A DNA stretch of 63,067 bases, the filler included, from Saprolegnia diclina VS20 (lineage: Eukaryota), in assembly GCF_000281045.1 (NCBI RefSeq). It is 5 parts of 2 records of this genome, joined end to end, with 100 filler letters (N's around TTAATTAATTAA, not from the genome) between each part and the next. Parts side by side here need not be neighbours in the genome. Positions count along the whole stretch, not along the records: positions 1 to 26,316 come from NW_008246087.1; 4 more parts are not named here. One strand, written 5' to 3'. The notes under the pieces are model-generated. The model made no database searches and was not told the DNA's origin. It saw nothing but the letters and a program-made list of their open reading frames with translations. Shown here one piece after another: positions 1 through 11,786 of the stretch. The position numbers were made by a program, and so were the translations under genes. Positions within the stretch are counted from its first letter, which is position 1. The number at the start of each line of letters is the position of its first letter.

Positions 1-350
1 TCCGTACCGGCCACGCTCGTCGTCAATGTGGCTGTTGCTCACGCGACGGCCCGCGACCGCGACCATGGTAACACTTGAATGCGCTGCTGCACAGTGATGA
101 TATTTATAGCTCGGAACCCGACCCCTAAAATTTGACGGAAACCAATGAAAGCGCTGCGATTCAGAGTTGTGCTTTTGTCAGTCCAGATCTTTTGTCCAGA
201 TCTGGTACAAAAAGATCTGCGCTGCCAGACTGTTGGCGAGTAGTTGAACGTCCTGAACAGTACAGGGAGAGCGCGCGTCTTGAAGCTTACTGAAGCAAGA
301 GGACGCGATCCTCGATTCGAGATAGTGTAAACTACATTCCTGGCAAAAAG

Positions 351-2039
351 CTACTGGCGTCCCTTTTTGCAGGGTATGGCGCTGATACTATGTCGTGCAG
401 CGGGTCCGATGACGCTTACTTTACTGCGTGCGTGGGGCCGCTCGATTATGCGTCGTAGGACGCCAGCCGCGCGTTCGATCGTCGACGACACCCGGCTGCG
501 GCTTTTGCGGTGCATCTTTCTCTTGGCATCGTTGGCTAACATCGTAGCGTCGAGTTGCATCAGGCTATCCAACGTACCGTTGGCGACGTGGGCAAAGAAG
601 AGTACCTTGCGCTCGTCGTCCGACATTTGCTGCTTGTGCTTGGCGTACAGATGGTAGTAGATACTCTGCAGCAGGAGCACGCCCGCGAGCACTTGGAGCT
701 TGTACGCGACGTTGTCTTGAAAGCCGAGGACCGACACGATGTTGACGAGCCAAATGCTCAGCGAGAGAAGGGCGCCGTGCACACCCAAGGGACTGCGAAA
801 CGTGCGCGGGAGGTGGGCGAAGCGCTGCTTGAGGTACATGTACCCGACGCACTGGGCTGCGTACGCTGTGAACGCAAACACCATGCCAATGTTGAAGAGC
901 TCGTCGCGCAGCGTCTCAAACGCGCGGACGAGAAAACACATGCCAAACCCGAGAAGCGACCCGAGCAGCGTTGCGATCGGGTGGGTGTGGCTCGGCCCAA
1001 ACTGCCTCGTGAGCACAGAAGGCAAGAGGCACGAGCTCGCCATCGCCGCGAGGATGTTGGAGTAGGCAAGGACAAAGCCAAAGATGGTCGCAAATGTCGC
1101 TGGGATCGAGAGCATCATGGCGTCGGCCGCCGACACGTGCAGCATGCGCTCGTAGCCTACGTAGCATTCCCATAGAACTTGGTGTTCTTCGCAAGGATCT
1201 CAAAGCATACCGCGGGAGAGCACAGCGACGTCGGTCGTCATGCTGATCACATCGGGCGCGACGCCGATGGCGGCAACAAACACGAGCACCGCGAGTGCGA
1301 AGAGCGTGAGCACGCACGCCACTTGCCCTATAGGAATGACCTCCTTGGGCGCCGGCACCACGTTGCAGACGGTGCTGAGCGCTTCAATGCCGACAAAGAA
1401 CCACGCAGCGGACGGAAGGCGGCGAAGGAACTCGAGTCCGCCACCCACGATGAGCCGGTTGTCGTCGCTCGAGACGCGGCGGGAAAACTCACTGAGCGAG
1501 TAGGCGCCGCCGAGGTAGACGAGTACCAACCCGAGCGAGAGAAGCGCTAGGAAGCGGTTCACGAGCCAAAACACCCGATCGCTGCTCGCTAAGAGCACGT
1601 TGCAAACGCCGTAGGTCGAGAGCCACAACAAGGGCGCCATGTCGGGATGGAGCGTCGGAAATGCAATGTACAACATGTCGCTTAGCGTGAGGACCGCACT
1701 CGCCGTGTACGCCATGTACTCGAGCGCTTCGCAGCAGCCAATGACCCACCCAGCGTAAAAGCCAATCGAACAGCGCGTGAGGCCGTACGCGCCACCGGAA
1801 AAAGCGAGCGTCGACGTCATTTCGGCCATGGACAAGACGAGGCAGACGTACCCGACTCCGAGCACGAGGATAGCTACTGCATTGCTCAGAATGCCCGCGA
1901 GGAGCCCCGTGTTCCACGAGAAGAGCTGTCCGCCCAGCACCATCGTGATGCCCAGCGCCCAAATGTCAAACTTGGTCGCGTGGTATTGCAGCGTCAGCGC
2001 GGTCGGGCCCACAGCGGCCGATGTCACACCGACCTTCAT
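351..2039 (-). CDS. APC-superfamily amino acid permease (ethanolamine-permease-like), spliced
   Basis: ORFs 1200..2117 and 351..1145 join via a GT-AG intron at 1157-1210 (VLSRG|YERML). A probable in-frame intron lies at 536-577. Motifs: DIWALGITMVLGGQLFSWN, AEMTSTLAFSGGAY, WFFVGIE, PRTFRSPLG. About 12 hydrophobic segments. Confidence 0.88.
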
Positions 2040-2277
2040 GCTCCCACGACACGCGACGAACTGAACGGCCGGCTGTCTACAAAGGCGCCAAGAATACGGC
2101 GCGCTCGTGACCACCAAAAACCACTCAAAATAGCTCAGCTCGGTTAAGGGCTAGGTGTCGCGGGACTCCGACCCCATCTTCTAGTGCAGGACACGCCAAG
2201 ACTACCATGTGTAGTACGCAGTATACAGCTCTATTGATCGCGTAGGGCTATGTAAACGGTGCGACGATGGCACGGGC

Positions 2278-3978
2278 TCACAGCAAGATGAGTTTTCGGG
2301 TTTCGACGAGCACGTCCTTGAGGTGCTCGTTCGTCGCTTCCTCGTGTTGAACCTCGCTCGCATCGGAGGCAAGCACTTGGAGCCAGCTGCGAGCAATGTG
2401 TTGTAGCTCCGACACGTGATGAGGCGCCTCCAGGTACGCGTCGCACTCGGTCTGCAGCATGTCGACGCGCCGTTCGATGTACAGGACGAGCCAGCGCGTC
2501 GACGTGAGCTTGAGCGACAGCGAACTCGATGGGGTCGATGGAAACACCGACAGCGCACGTATATAGTCGTCTTGCGCCCCTGCGAAATCGCGCACCAAGT
2601 TTTTTCGATCGCCTTGCCGGGTCCACGCTCGTTGGTGGAGCTCCGGCCACGGCAACGACGCCACGCGCGCCGCGTCACATGCTGCTTCGGCCATCGACTT
2701 GGTCGCGTCTGTATAGTTGGCGCGCACCATCGCTTGGAGCGATGCCGTACAGGCCGTCAGTGCGCCTTCAATAGGCGCCGGGTCGACGGCCGTCGGCTCC
2801 ATCATCTCGGCTGCTACTGCCTCGTCATCGTGCTGACTCGAGGCATCGTCGACCTCTGTCGTGGACTCGGGATCCTCATCTGCTGTGGGTTTGACATCGT
2901 CGACCGCCGTGGTTTCGGTTGGTGCAACGGCGGCTCTTATGTCTGCGGCATCGAGCTCGTCGACTGCACCCTGTACAGTTGCCGGCTCGAGCTCGTGTGG
3001 TGTCTCGAGAGCTCGGTCGTCGTTCGTGCCATCCAGAGCAGCACGCGTATCGGGTGTCGGCTCCTCATCCAGCAGCTCATTGCCGTCAGCAGAGAGCGAG
3101 TCGGCGGCGGCGGTGGTAGAAAGGGCAGCATCGCCGTCGATCGTGACAGCGACTTCGACCACAGGCTCACTGACCGTCGTCTCGTCGTCGGTGGACACCT
3201 GCGCCATGGCATTGTCGACCTCAGGCGTACTAGCCGCAACATCTTGAATCTCAACCGCTGCCGATGGCACGTCCTCGGCCGTTGTGGCGTCGGGCGTCGG
3301 TGGCACCGCCTCGGAGGCGTCGGGCGTCGTTTCGGGCTCGTCCAGGTTCGAGGTCACGGGCGCGTCTTCCGCGTCTGCGTCGTCTTGGGTCTTGATGTTG
3401 CTGCCGTCGTCGCTCGGAACAGCTCGGTCAACGCTGTACTCGTCCACCGTTGTCGCCTCATGCAGCGCCGAGTAGAGCGACGGCAATACTTTCGCCCCAA
3501 GGGCCTCGAGGCGCGTCCATGCTTCGGCGAGCGTCACGTCCTCCGAGTGCACTTGATAGACGAGCCATCCTTGGACAGCGCAAATGACGAAACCAAGGAA
3601 GAAGCAGAGCCGGCGCCATCGGCCCCGGCGCAGCTCCGCGTCCAAGCGCGCACGCGCCAATGGCTGCGCCTCCGAGTCAATGCGCAAGCCGTGCTGGCGC
3701 TTCCACTTGGCATTTTCACGCTCGAACCACCTCTCCCACTTGACGCGGTCGGCTTCGTCGGCCCAGAGCGTCTCGTCGATCATGGCCTCGTCCACCTCGT
3801 CGTCGTCGTCGTCGTCGTCATCGACGTCGTCCACGCCAGCGTCCGAGGCTTCTGACGGCGCATACTCCTCGTCATCGTCTTCGTCGTCCTCGAGCGCAAG
3901 CGTCCGGAAGGCGACGCCGTCGTCGCTGTCGCTGCTCGTATCGGCGTCATGGCCCCAGATGCCAGCCCGCGTCGCCAT
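2278..3978 (-). CDS. Hypothetical single-pass membrane protein with acidic low-complexity regions and a C-terminal TPR-like helix pair
   Basis: Long ORF, likely start MATRAG at 3978. D/E-rich N-terminus, TM segment LCFFLGFVICAVQGWLVY, TPR-like AWTRQGD...FAGAQDDYIRAL. Confidence 0.6.
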   Translation of the reverse strand: MATRAGIWGHDADTSSDSDDGVAFRTLALEDDEDDDEEYAPSEASDAGVDDVDDDDDDDDEVDEAMIDETLWADEADRVKWERWFERENAKWKRQHGLRIDSEAQPLARARLDAELRRGRWRRLCFFLGFVICAVQGWLVYQVHSEDVTLAEAWTRLEALGAKVLPSLYSALHEATTVDEYSVDRAVPSDDGSNIKTQDDADAEDAPVTSNLDEPETTPDASEAVPPTPDATTAEDVPSAAVEIQDVAASTPEVDNAMAQVSTDDETTVSEPVVEVAVTIDGDAALSTTAAADSLSADGNELLDEEPTPDTRAALDGTNDDRALETPHELEPATVQGAVDELDAADIRAAVAPTETTAVDDVKPTADEDPESTTEVDDASSQHDDEAVAAEMMEPTAVDPAPIEGALTACTASLQAMVRANYTDATKSMAEAACDAARVASLPWPELHQRAWTRQGDRKNLVRDFAGAQDDYIRALSVFPSTPSSSLSLKLTSTRWLVLYIERRVDMLQTECDAYLEAPHHVSELQHIARSWLQVLASDASEVQHEEATNEHLKDVLVETRKLILL

Positions 3979-4609
3979 TGCTGCTTCAGCAACCGGCGGG
4001 TTAAAATGGTGTACGGTAAAAAAACGTATTAAAATAGTGTGATAAACAGGCTGCCCTCGGCACAGTGCAAGAGACACGGTATCCCTTCGGCTTGTACGAG
4101 TACTCTCCTCCAAACAATAAGATTGCCATTGGTAATTGCGACCTAGAGACATGTGGTCTTATCAATACATTTACAGCTATTCCGTACTAGTCAAGTTAGT
4201 CGAGTCGAGTCCATACCTTGGTCCAAACCAAGCGGTGACCCCCAAGAAGCCGACAACCCCGAGAGTCAAAGCGGCGAGACGGTTCGTAGAGGCGTCAAGC
4301 ACCAAGCTTAGAGATGCGCAGATCTCTGGTGGCGAGAGATGCATGCAGTGAATTCCAACGGCGTGGCAGCGGTCACTTCCACCAGCGCGAAGTAGCAGCA
4401 AGTGTCAGGAGTAGCTGCTTCTCGACGTCTTTGCCAGCCTCTCATCTCTCATCGCTAAGAAGCGTTGGCACAGATCGTACATACTGATGGCGCACCCAAC
4501 CCTCTAGACGCTCTCGGCCAAAGCCACAAAGGAGCGAAACAATGGAATGCCGATTGAGATACGACTTGAGGGCGCCGTTACTACTACTGGCGTGCACGAC
4601 TCGAGCTGT

Positions 4610-5361
4610 CTAGTGTTCGTGGCCAGCGCTCTTGAGGTCGTTCATGTTGGTACCAGCAATTGATTCGCCTAGTAAAGTAGGGACGATAGGACCAAGCACT
4701 CAACGCTGCTGCCGGTGTACCAAAGAGGCGGAGGCTCGAGATAGCCGAGATGTCGCCGCCATTGTTCTCTTCGATAAAGAGCTAGGCACCAGAGTCATGA
4801 TGGACGTGTTTGTATAGTAGAGGCGCGTACCGTCAAGGCCGAGACGCGCTGGAACTTGACAAAGCGGAGCTCGATCGGCGACCCCGATGCGAGCTGCTCG
4901 TCGTTGAGCTCGATCTGCTGCACAGGCTCAATGTCCGCAACGTCCGAAAAGCCCTATATACATGCACGTTGAGCGCATACGCTCATGCAGCGACAGGCAG
5001 TACCAGGTTGTTGCGGTTCACAAACAGCTTGAGCACACGCGGCGCCGAGTCTACTTTGGGTTCAGCGCGAGTTCGACATGGGCGCCTACCGTCCGTCGGC
5101 GCCTTGAGCGCAATCGAGTGGATCTTGACGGCTTCCTTGAATTCCAAGTGGATAATGAGCTGCTCTGCACACGCAGGACGAGCTACCATGAGGCCGCGAT
5201 GCAGTGCGCATGCGCGACGTACCATCAGCCTCGCTCTTGAGGAGGAGCGTGCCATCGCCGATGAAGAGGTTGGCGAAGCCATAGCTCGGGTCTTCGTTGA
5301 GGCAGTACGAGTTAGCCTTGTCGAGCTGCTCGGCGAGGTCGTCAAACTTGCGGGCGGACAT
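4610..5361 (-). CDS. PITH-domain protein (proteasome-interacting thioredoxin-like), multi-exon
   Basis: Exons read MSARKFDDLAEQLDKANSYCLNE...LKSEAD / EQLIIHLEFKEAVKIHSI / APRVLKLFVN / GFSDV...IELRFVKFQRVSALT / FIEENNGG / GTNMNDLK, which are typical PITH motifs. Confidence 0.85.
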
Positions 5362-5824
5362 GGCTGGAATCGCAATCTGGGGTAGCCGATTCTCCGAATA
5401 TAGTGTATAATTTCCCTTCGAAATAGCGTTGTTAACACTACTTCTAGGCCGTACCCGCCGTTTATAGTGTACAACATACATCTGTTGTGCATAATAGTAT
5501 AGGTAATAAAATACTGTACATTAAGGTGTATAGTGTTAGACCTTCGCGGCTGCCTTCACCCAAACCCTAAGTGCTCCAAGTCTATATCGTAGCGCCGCCA
5601 GCTCGATCTCTTGCCATTAAGTCCTTCGATCGTATTTTCTCTACCGGTCATGTGATTGCTCGTGGTGGTAAACGCAACACGGGGCTCGGTACGACGCCGC
5701 CTGCTCGCAAGGCTCTCCCGATCCCTCGCAAAATTGGGTGTTTTTGAAGCAAACGGCCAGGTGGCAGCATCCAGTTTTAGAGGTCCTCTTGAAATGCATA
5801 TCGAAAGGCTACGAAAGATCGCAC

Positions 5825-6364
5825 ATGGGCGATGCAGGCAGCGACACGCTCCTCGAACGTACCGCACGGCCGCCATGGCTCGCCGACGTCGATGAAGAAG
5901 CCGTCGACTACGACCACTTGCCAGTGCGCGCCGAAGACACTCTGGTGCGCTGCAGCGGAATCCTGCGCGACGGCGCCCGCTGTACGAGAACGTGCGTCGT
6001 CGACCGTGCGCAGCTCTCGCATCCGCCCAATTCGTACTGCTACAAGCACCATGGGCAAGCCGCGGCCAACTCACATGGCTACGCCCCCCTCGCGGTCTCG
6101 GATTTGCAAGTACCACCCCCTACTCGGCGCCAATGCGTTTGCAGCCACTGGACCAGCCTCGCGATGCTCTTCGTTTGCAGCTTCTCACTGGCTGTGTTTT
6201 GCTTGGTCCTGGCGCTGGCGCTCCACGAGCCGACGTTGGGCATCCTCGGTGTCACATTCTTTGCTGTGCCAATCGGATTGCTCGGCTACTGTCTTCTCCA
6301 AATGATGATGCATGCATTTATACCGTCCCCGCGACCACTCGATGCAGTCGAACTCTTGATCTGA
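5825..6364 (+). CDS. Small membrane protein with a Cys/His zinc-finger-like motif and two C-terminal TM helices
   Basis: ORF from MGDAGS. Motif RCSGILRDGARCTR...YCYKH, followed by two hydrophobic segments. Confidence 0.55.
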   Translation: MGDAGSDTLLERTARPPWLADVDEEAVDYDHLPVRAEDTLVRCSGILRDGARCTRTCVVDRAQLSHPPNSYCYKHHGQAAANSHGYAPLAVSDLQVPPPTRRQCVCSHWTSLAMLFVCSFSLAVFCLVLALALHEPTLGILGVTFFAVPIGLLGYCLLQMMMHAFIPSPRPLDAVELLI

Positions 6365-6608
6365 CTATGCTACGCGTCGTGGTGGCACATCAGTTGGACG
6401 TCTGCGATCGGTCGCCCGCACGAATGGAGCGACGCCAGATTGGTGGCTAAAGATGACTCTATAAAGATCTCTATATGACCAACTTCAGCTTTATCCAAGT
6501 TGAACCCGATCGCCGTGGCCTACCGCGGCGCCACGTGGTATGGCGTCGCATCCGGTTTTATGACTCATTCTAACCGGATGCTTCGGTTCGAAAAGATTTT
6601 TCCGAAGA

Positions 6609-6624
6609 GCTCATTTGCCATTTT
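6609..6624 (+). promoter_or_regulatory. Oomycete INR+FPR core promoter element
   Basis: GCTCATTTGCCATTTT matches the oomycete consensus GCTCATTYBNNNWTTY and ends 14 nt before the GMP reductase ATG. Confidence 0.75.
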
Positions 6625-6638
6625 GCCGCGCTGCAGCC

Positions 6639-7945
6639 ATGCCCCGCCTCGAGACTGACGTGAAGCTGGACTTCAAGGACGTGCTGATCCGCCCCAAGCG
6701 CAGCACGCTCAAGAGCCGCTCCCAGGTCGACGTTTCCCGCACGTACACCTTCCGCAACTCGGGTCGCACGTGGTCTGGCGTGGTACGATGATCCGCCGCT
6801 TGCCGTCGCCCGATCGACTCATGTTGTGTTCCTAGCCCGTGATCGCTGCCAACATGGACACGGTCGGCACGTTCGAGATGGCCATCGCGCTTGCGCAGCA
6901 CAAGTGCATCACGTGCATCCACAAGCACTACTCGGTCGACGAGGTATGTAGCATCATCTTGCGGGCAACACTGCAACACGACTTCCGGACGCTTACGTGA
7001 CGATGGTGCTGTAGTGGGAGGCCTTTGGCGCGGCGCACCCTGACGTGCTTCCGTTCGTGGCCGTCAGCGCTGGCACGAGCGCGGCCGACTTGGAGCGTGT
7101 CTCGAGCGTCCTTGCCAAGCTCGACGCGATCTCGTTCGTCTGCCTCGATGTCGCCAACGGTATGTTCTCACCGTCTTCCGTCGCATCGTATATGAACCAT
7201 GTATCGGTAGGCTACTCGGAGATGTTTGTCGAAGCGGTTCGCCGCGTTCGTGAGGCGCACCCGACGCACACCATCATCGCCGGCAACGTCGTGACGGGTG
7301 AAATGGTCGAGGAGCTCCTTCTCAGTGGCGCCGACATCATCAAGATCGGTATCGGTCCGGGCTCGGTCTGCACGACGCGCAAGCAGACGGGTGTCGGCTA
7401 CCCGCAGCTCTCGGCTGTCCTCGAGTGTGCGGACGCCGCCCACGGCCTGCGCGGCCATGTCATTTCGGACGGCGGCTGCACGTGCCCCGGCGACGTCTCC
7501 AAGGCGTTCGGCGCCGGCGCTGACTTTGTCATGCTCGGTGGCATGCTCGCGGGCCACGACGAGAGCGGTGGCGACGTGCTCGAGCTCGGCGGCCAAATGT
7601 TCAAGCGCTTCTACGGCATGAGCTCGTCCGTCGCGATGAAGAAGCACGCGGGCGGCGTGGCCGAGTACCGGTCGAGCGAAGGCAAGGCCGTGACGGTGCC
7701 GTACCGCGGCCCCGTCGACGGCACGATCAAGGACATTCTTGGCGGCGTCCGCTCGACATGCACGTACGTCGGTGCGAGCCAGTTGAAGGAGCTCAGCAAG
7801 GTCAGTTCACGTCCAATGGTATTGCATCTCACATGCTCGTTTGTAGCGCACGACGTTCATCCGCGTGACGCAGCAGCTCAACGAGGTGTTTGGCAAGGCG
7901 CCCAACGAGCAAGAACTCGCGGCCAACGCCCCCAAGACCAACTAG
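6639..7945 (+). CDS. GMPR: GMP reductase (type 1, GuaC/GMPR-like), multi-exon
   Basis: [72 protein letters not shown]; last exon [16 protein letters not shown] after intron 7801-7846. Confidence 0.96.
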
Positions 7946-8474
7946 GAAGCCGCGTGCGCCAAGCTTAGAAGCCTGACGGCAACGTCGTTGGACGACGCCG
8001 TACTACCACTTAAGTTGATAAGATGACTCTTGCATGTACTATCCGGCATCGTCCCTGCTGCTGCTTCCCTTCCTGTCGCCTTGTTGAAGTGGCTTGCTCC
8101 TAGTTTACCGCGATCTTGTGATCCGGAGACAATTGTACCTGCGTTTAAACATAAAACGCATGTCTGCAAATACAGAACCAACATACAAACGTGCATACAA
8201 GGCAAAATTCGAACTCGGGTCCGAGCACGTTAAACTCGGTGGCCGCCAGGAACAGCGCTACCGCAACCACAGCCGAGGAGCAGAGAGAGCCCAATGATCC
8301 ATAGAAGGAGCTGTGGAGCCTATGACGAACGTGGCGGCGACAGCGCCTGCATTGAACGCGTTGGTTAAACGCATTGAACCGGTGAGAGGTTCATCCGGAT
8401 GAACCAGTGGTGTTGCTGGTATGCGTTTTCAGAGGTATTGGCCGTCGAAGCTAAGACCACACAAACCCGTCATC

Positions 8475-8816
8475 ATGTCCAAGTCCTTGGGCGTCCCGCT
8501 GAGCCTGCTCCATGAAGGCGAAGGCCATACGATCACGCTCGAGCTCAAGAACGGCGAGATCTACAAGGGCCACCTCATGGAGGCCGAAGACAGCATGAAC
8601 TGCCAGCTCAAGGACGTGACGCTGACGGGCCGCGACGGCCAGCTCAGCCGCCTCGAGCAGGTCTACATCCGTGGCAGCCAGGTCAAGCTCTTCATCCTGC
8701 CCGACATGCTGCAAAAGTCGCCGCTCTTCAAGAAGATCCAGGCGCTCAAGAAGCCGAACGACAAGAAGGCCAAGAAGGGCAAGGGTCGTGGGCGCGGCGC
8801 GGCGCCCAAGCCGTAG
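8475..8816 (+). CDS. SNRPD3: Small nuclear ribonucleoprotein Sm D3
   Basis: MSKSLGVPLSLLHEGEGHTITLELKNGEIYKG...EAEDSMNCQL...LEQVYIRGSQVKLFILPDML, with a GRG tail. Confidence 0.95.
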   Translation: MSKSLGVPLSLLHEGEGHTITLELKNGEIYKGHLMEAEDSMNCQLKDVTLTGRDGQLSRLEQVYIRGSQVKLFILPDMLQKSPLFKKIQALKKPNDKKAKKGKGRGRGAAPKP

Positions 8817-9517
8817 TGCAGCGCGCAATCGCTAGGAACCACCCACGACTCGTCCTATCTTATAACCACCTCGAATAAATATCGTACACGTAGCAACGTC
8901 CTGCAACTGCGCCGACGCCCAGCACATCGACGCTCTGCATGGCTGCCGCCCTCCTCCACGTACAGCCACCGAAGCCAGACCGGGCGCTGGCTGGACGCGC
9001 TCAGAAGCCATAGAGACGCCGAGCAGAGTCACCGGAGGCAACACTGCAGTTCGTAAAGGAGGCAGACCGAACCGAGAATTCGGTTCAACTGCACGAAGGA
9101 GGCCAGTGAGGTCCTACCACTCGGCCCTCGCTGCCGATGCTCTGCGTGGCAATGACGGCCTCCAAGATGCTCTACCCAGCTGTCGCCCATCAAAGTGGGC
9201 GCACTCATGTGCTTGCCTCTTCAAATAGCCCCTCACACTTGCAGGGCTAGCGCAGCACCGTCATCCCGACCAAGTTATGCTCGGAAGATGAACGCAAAGC
9301 GTCCAGCAGTGTTCTTATTGCAGGGCAAGGTATAGTACCTTGACGCTTTCGTCCATGCCGTTGCCAACGTCAACAGCACGGGCTCGCTTGCGTCGTCAGC
9401 AACGTGCTGCTCGACAGTCCTCTCGGAGCCCTCGTAGCTCGTACCTTGATGGTGCAGTGCTTTGAGACCACAAGAAACCACAAATCGAGAACGCAGTGTA
9501 TAGTGCATCATGCGATC

Positions 9518-10005
9518 TTAGTGGCCGCTGTTGTTGTCCTCTTGCAGCGTAAAGACGCGAATGGCCGAGACGCCATTGTGGATCGTCTCGAGCTCCGTCG
9601 TCGTGGGGCTCACGCGGCGACGAAGGAGCGTCACGGCCTTGCCCTTCATTTCGGTCTCGAGCACGAGGCTGCCGTCGTCGGCCCACGTCGGCGTGCCCGT
9701 CACGGGGCCGTCCATGCTCTCCATCGTCTGCGGCCCATGCCCGACCTAGTCATGTCCTCTTGTATGAGCGAAACGGACGGCAAATCGAGTCGAACCCGAA
9801 TCTCGTTGGCAAAGTCCTTGATGCCGCCGACGTTGGTGATTGCAATCTTGTCGCCCGACTGCGTCACAGTCTGCACAAGGCGGTTGACGCCAAAGCCCAT
9901 GATGGAGCCGGCCTTGCGCTTGAGCCAAGCGACGTCGAGCGCCTCGAGGAACTCGTCCATGTTGCGCACCTCGGTGCACTTCCACGTCCCGTTGAAGTCG
10001 TGCAT
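9518..10005 (-). CDS. Intracellular lipid/fatty-acid-binding protein (FABP/iLBP-like, calycin fold), 2 exons
   Basis: MHDFNGTWKCTEVRNMDEFLEALDVAWLKRK matches the FABP N-terminal signature. Intron 9746-9795 joins in frame to ...LELETIHNGVSAIRVF-type C-terminus (TELETIHNGVSAIRVF). About 145 aa. Confidence 0.8.
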
Positions 10006-10537
10006 GTTTGAAAATGAATCAATCCCAACTTTGAAACACCAAATCTTCTAAAGTTCGTCGGTCGAAGGTCCTTGGCCTTGGCATCAGGCCAGAAGCAACC
10101 GATCGCTGCAGGGACAGGCTGGCGGCGGGGCCGCCACTGAACGTCATCCTTGCCACATTCTGCCCGGTCAAAGACACTCTTAAACTAGTAGAAGCCGAGC
10201 AAGTCGCCAGTGCTCCGACACCAAAGCGCGGCTGCGCGCCGTTGATCGTGTTGCAGTGCGGACGCAACGAAGCACGTGGTTTCAAGGCAGGCACGAGATG
10301 CAGCATATCCTCAACAACGACTACATCTGGTGCCTCATCGGCGGCACCCAGCCAAGGTGTGCACTGGACAACATTAGTTAGTCGAAGTCGCCTCGCAGTC
10401 GACTTGTGCGACCAAGACATGCTCGCACCGGATTGGCCCGTCGTGATTTCAAGAGTGTATGCGCGACAGAATGCAGGTCTTCATCGGACGTAACACAGTG
10501 CAGTCAACACACGACTGGCGCAAGCATAGTACCAAGC

Positions 10538-11627
10538 ATGGCCGCGCTCTCGCCCGTGTCCCGCGTCGTCCTCGTCGTGGGCCTCGTCGCCGCGCCGCTG
10601 TACCTCGTACGCCTTGTCGGCGCCACTGAATCTGGTGCTCATGCGCTGCATGTAGGCGGCGACGTCACTCTCAGCGCTCCTCGTGCTCGCTGTGCTCTAC
10701 ATGCCGCCCGCCGCGCTCTTTGGCTGGATGTACCTCTCGGCAAAAGCGCGGGCAACGTCCAAGGTCAACTGGGACATGCTCTTCCGCGTCTTCTGCGGCG
10801 GTCTCTGCCCCGGCGTCCTGCTCGCCATGGTCGTCGAGTCGGTCCTCACAGCAGCGCTCTTCTTCCTCTGCATCGACTCGGCCGACGTCTTTGCGCAGTA
10901 CGAGCGGTACGGCTCGGCGCACCCGAATGCCACGTCGACCGAGATCCTCTCGCACCTGCACATTGGCCACACGCTGGGCTTCTTCGTCTTTGTCTTTTGC
11001 CTGGCGTTTGTTGTCGCGGGCCTGGTCGAAGAGTATCTCAAATATTGGCTCGTGAAAGGCCGCTGCTGCATTGCGTCGGGCTTTTGCACGCCTTTGACGT
11101 CGCCCCACATTGTCGACCCGTTCTACACCGTCCTTTGCTTTGCCGCTGCTGGCTGCGGCTTTGCCACCTTCGAAAACATGGGCTATGCCTTCACGCAAGC
11201 GACGTTCGAGCCGCAGCTGCAGACCGCGCTTCTCCGCGGGCTCCTCGCCACGCCCTTGCACGTGCTCTGTACGAGCCTCACGGGCATGCGGGTCGTCGCT
11301 GCCGAGCTGCGCAAGGCCCAAGCGCCGTTGGAGCCAGCATCAACGTGCCAGGCGCTGGTCGCCACGATCCGCTGCATCTTGCCGGCGGTGGTGCTCCACG
11401 GCGTGTACGACTTTCAGATGTTTGTATGCACGGCCCTCTTGCCCGAGTCGACGTACGCATCGATGCTCATGGGCGCGCTCTGCCTCGTCCTCGGGGCGTG
11501 GTATGTCTATCGCCTCTATACCTTTATCAACTGGGACTACCAAGTCCTCGACTACAGCGACGCTGCAGTGCACGCAATGGAGACGGGCGCCGAGCTGCAG
11601 CCACCAACACCCGGCCACGTGCTGTAG
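10538..11627 (+). CDS. PrsW-family intramembrane protease
   Basis: Intron 10607-10655. Motifs AGLVEEYLKY, GFATFEN, TPLH and LPAVVLHGVYDF. Multiple TM helices. Confidence 0.85.
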
Positions 11628-11786
11628 TATTTCCCTTCCTGTCGTCGCCCTTGTAGAGGAATACTATTGTGCATTTAGTGGGATTTATGAGCTTTTATGC
11701 GGCTTTGTGCAATGATTTTACGTTCGAGGAAAAGGCGCTGCCGGCCGCCCCCGTCCCAAAGCTCATTTCGCTTTTGCTTTGCTCCG

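Noticed and set aside
2416..3855. Long antisense ORFs opposite real genes (also 42957-44228, 46036-47274, 53317-55182)
   Set aside because: Shadow ORFs caused by high GC3 codon bias; the opposite strand carries the credible gene.
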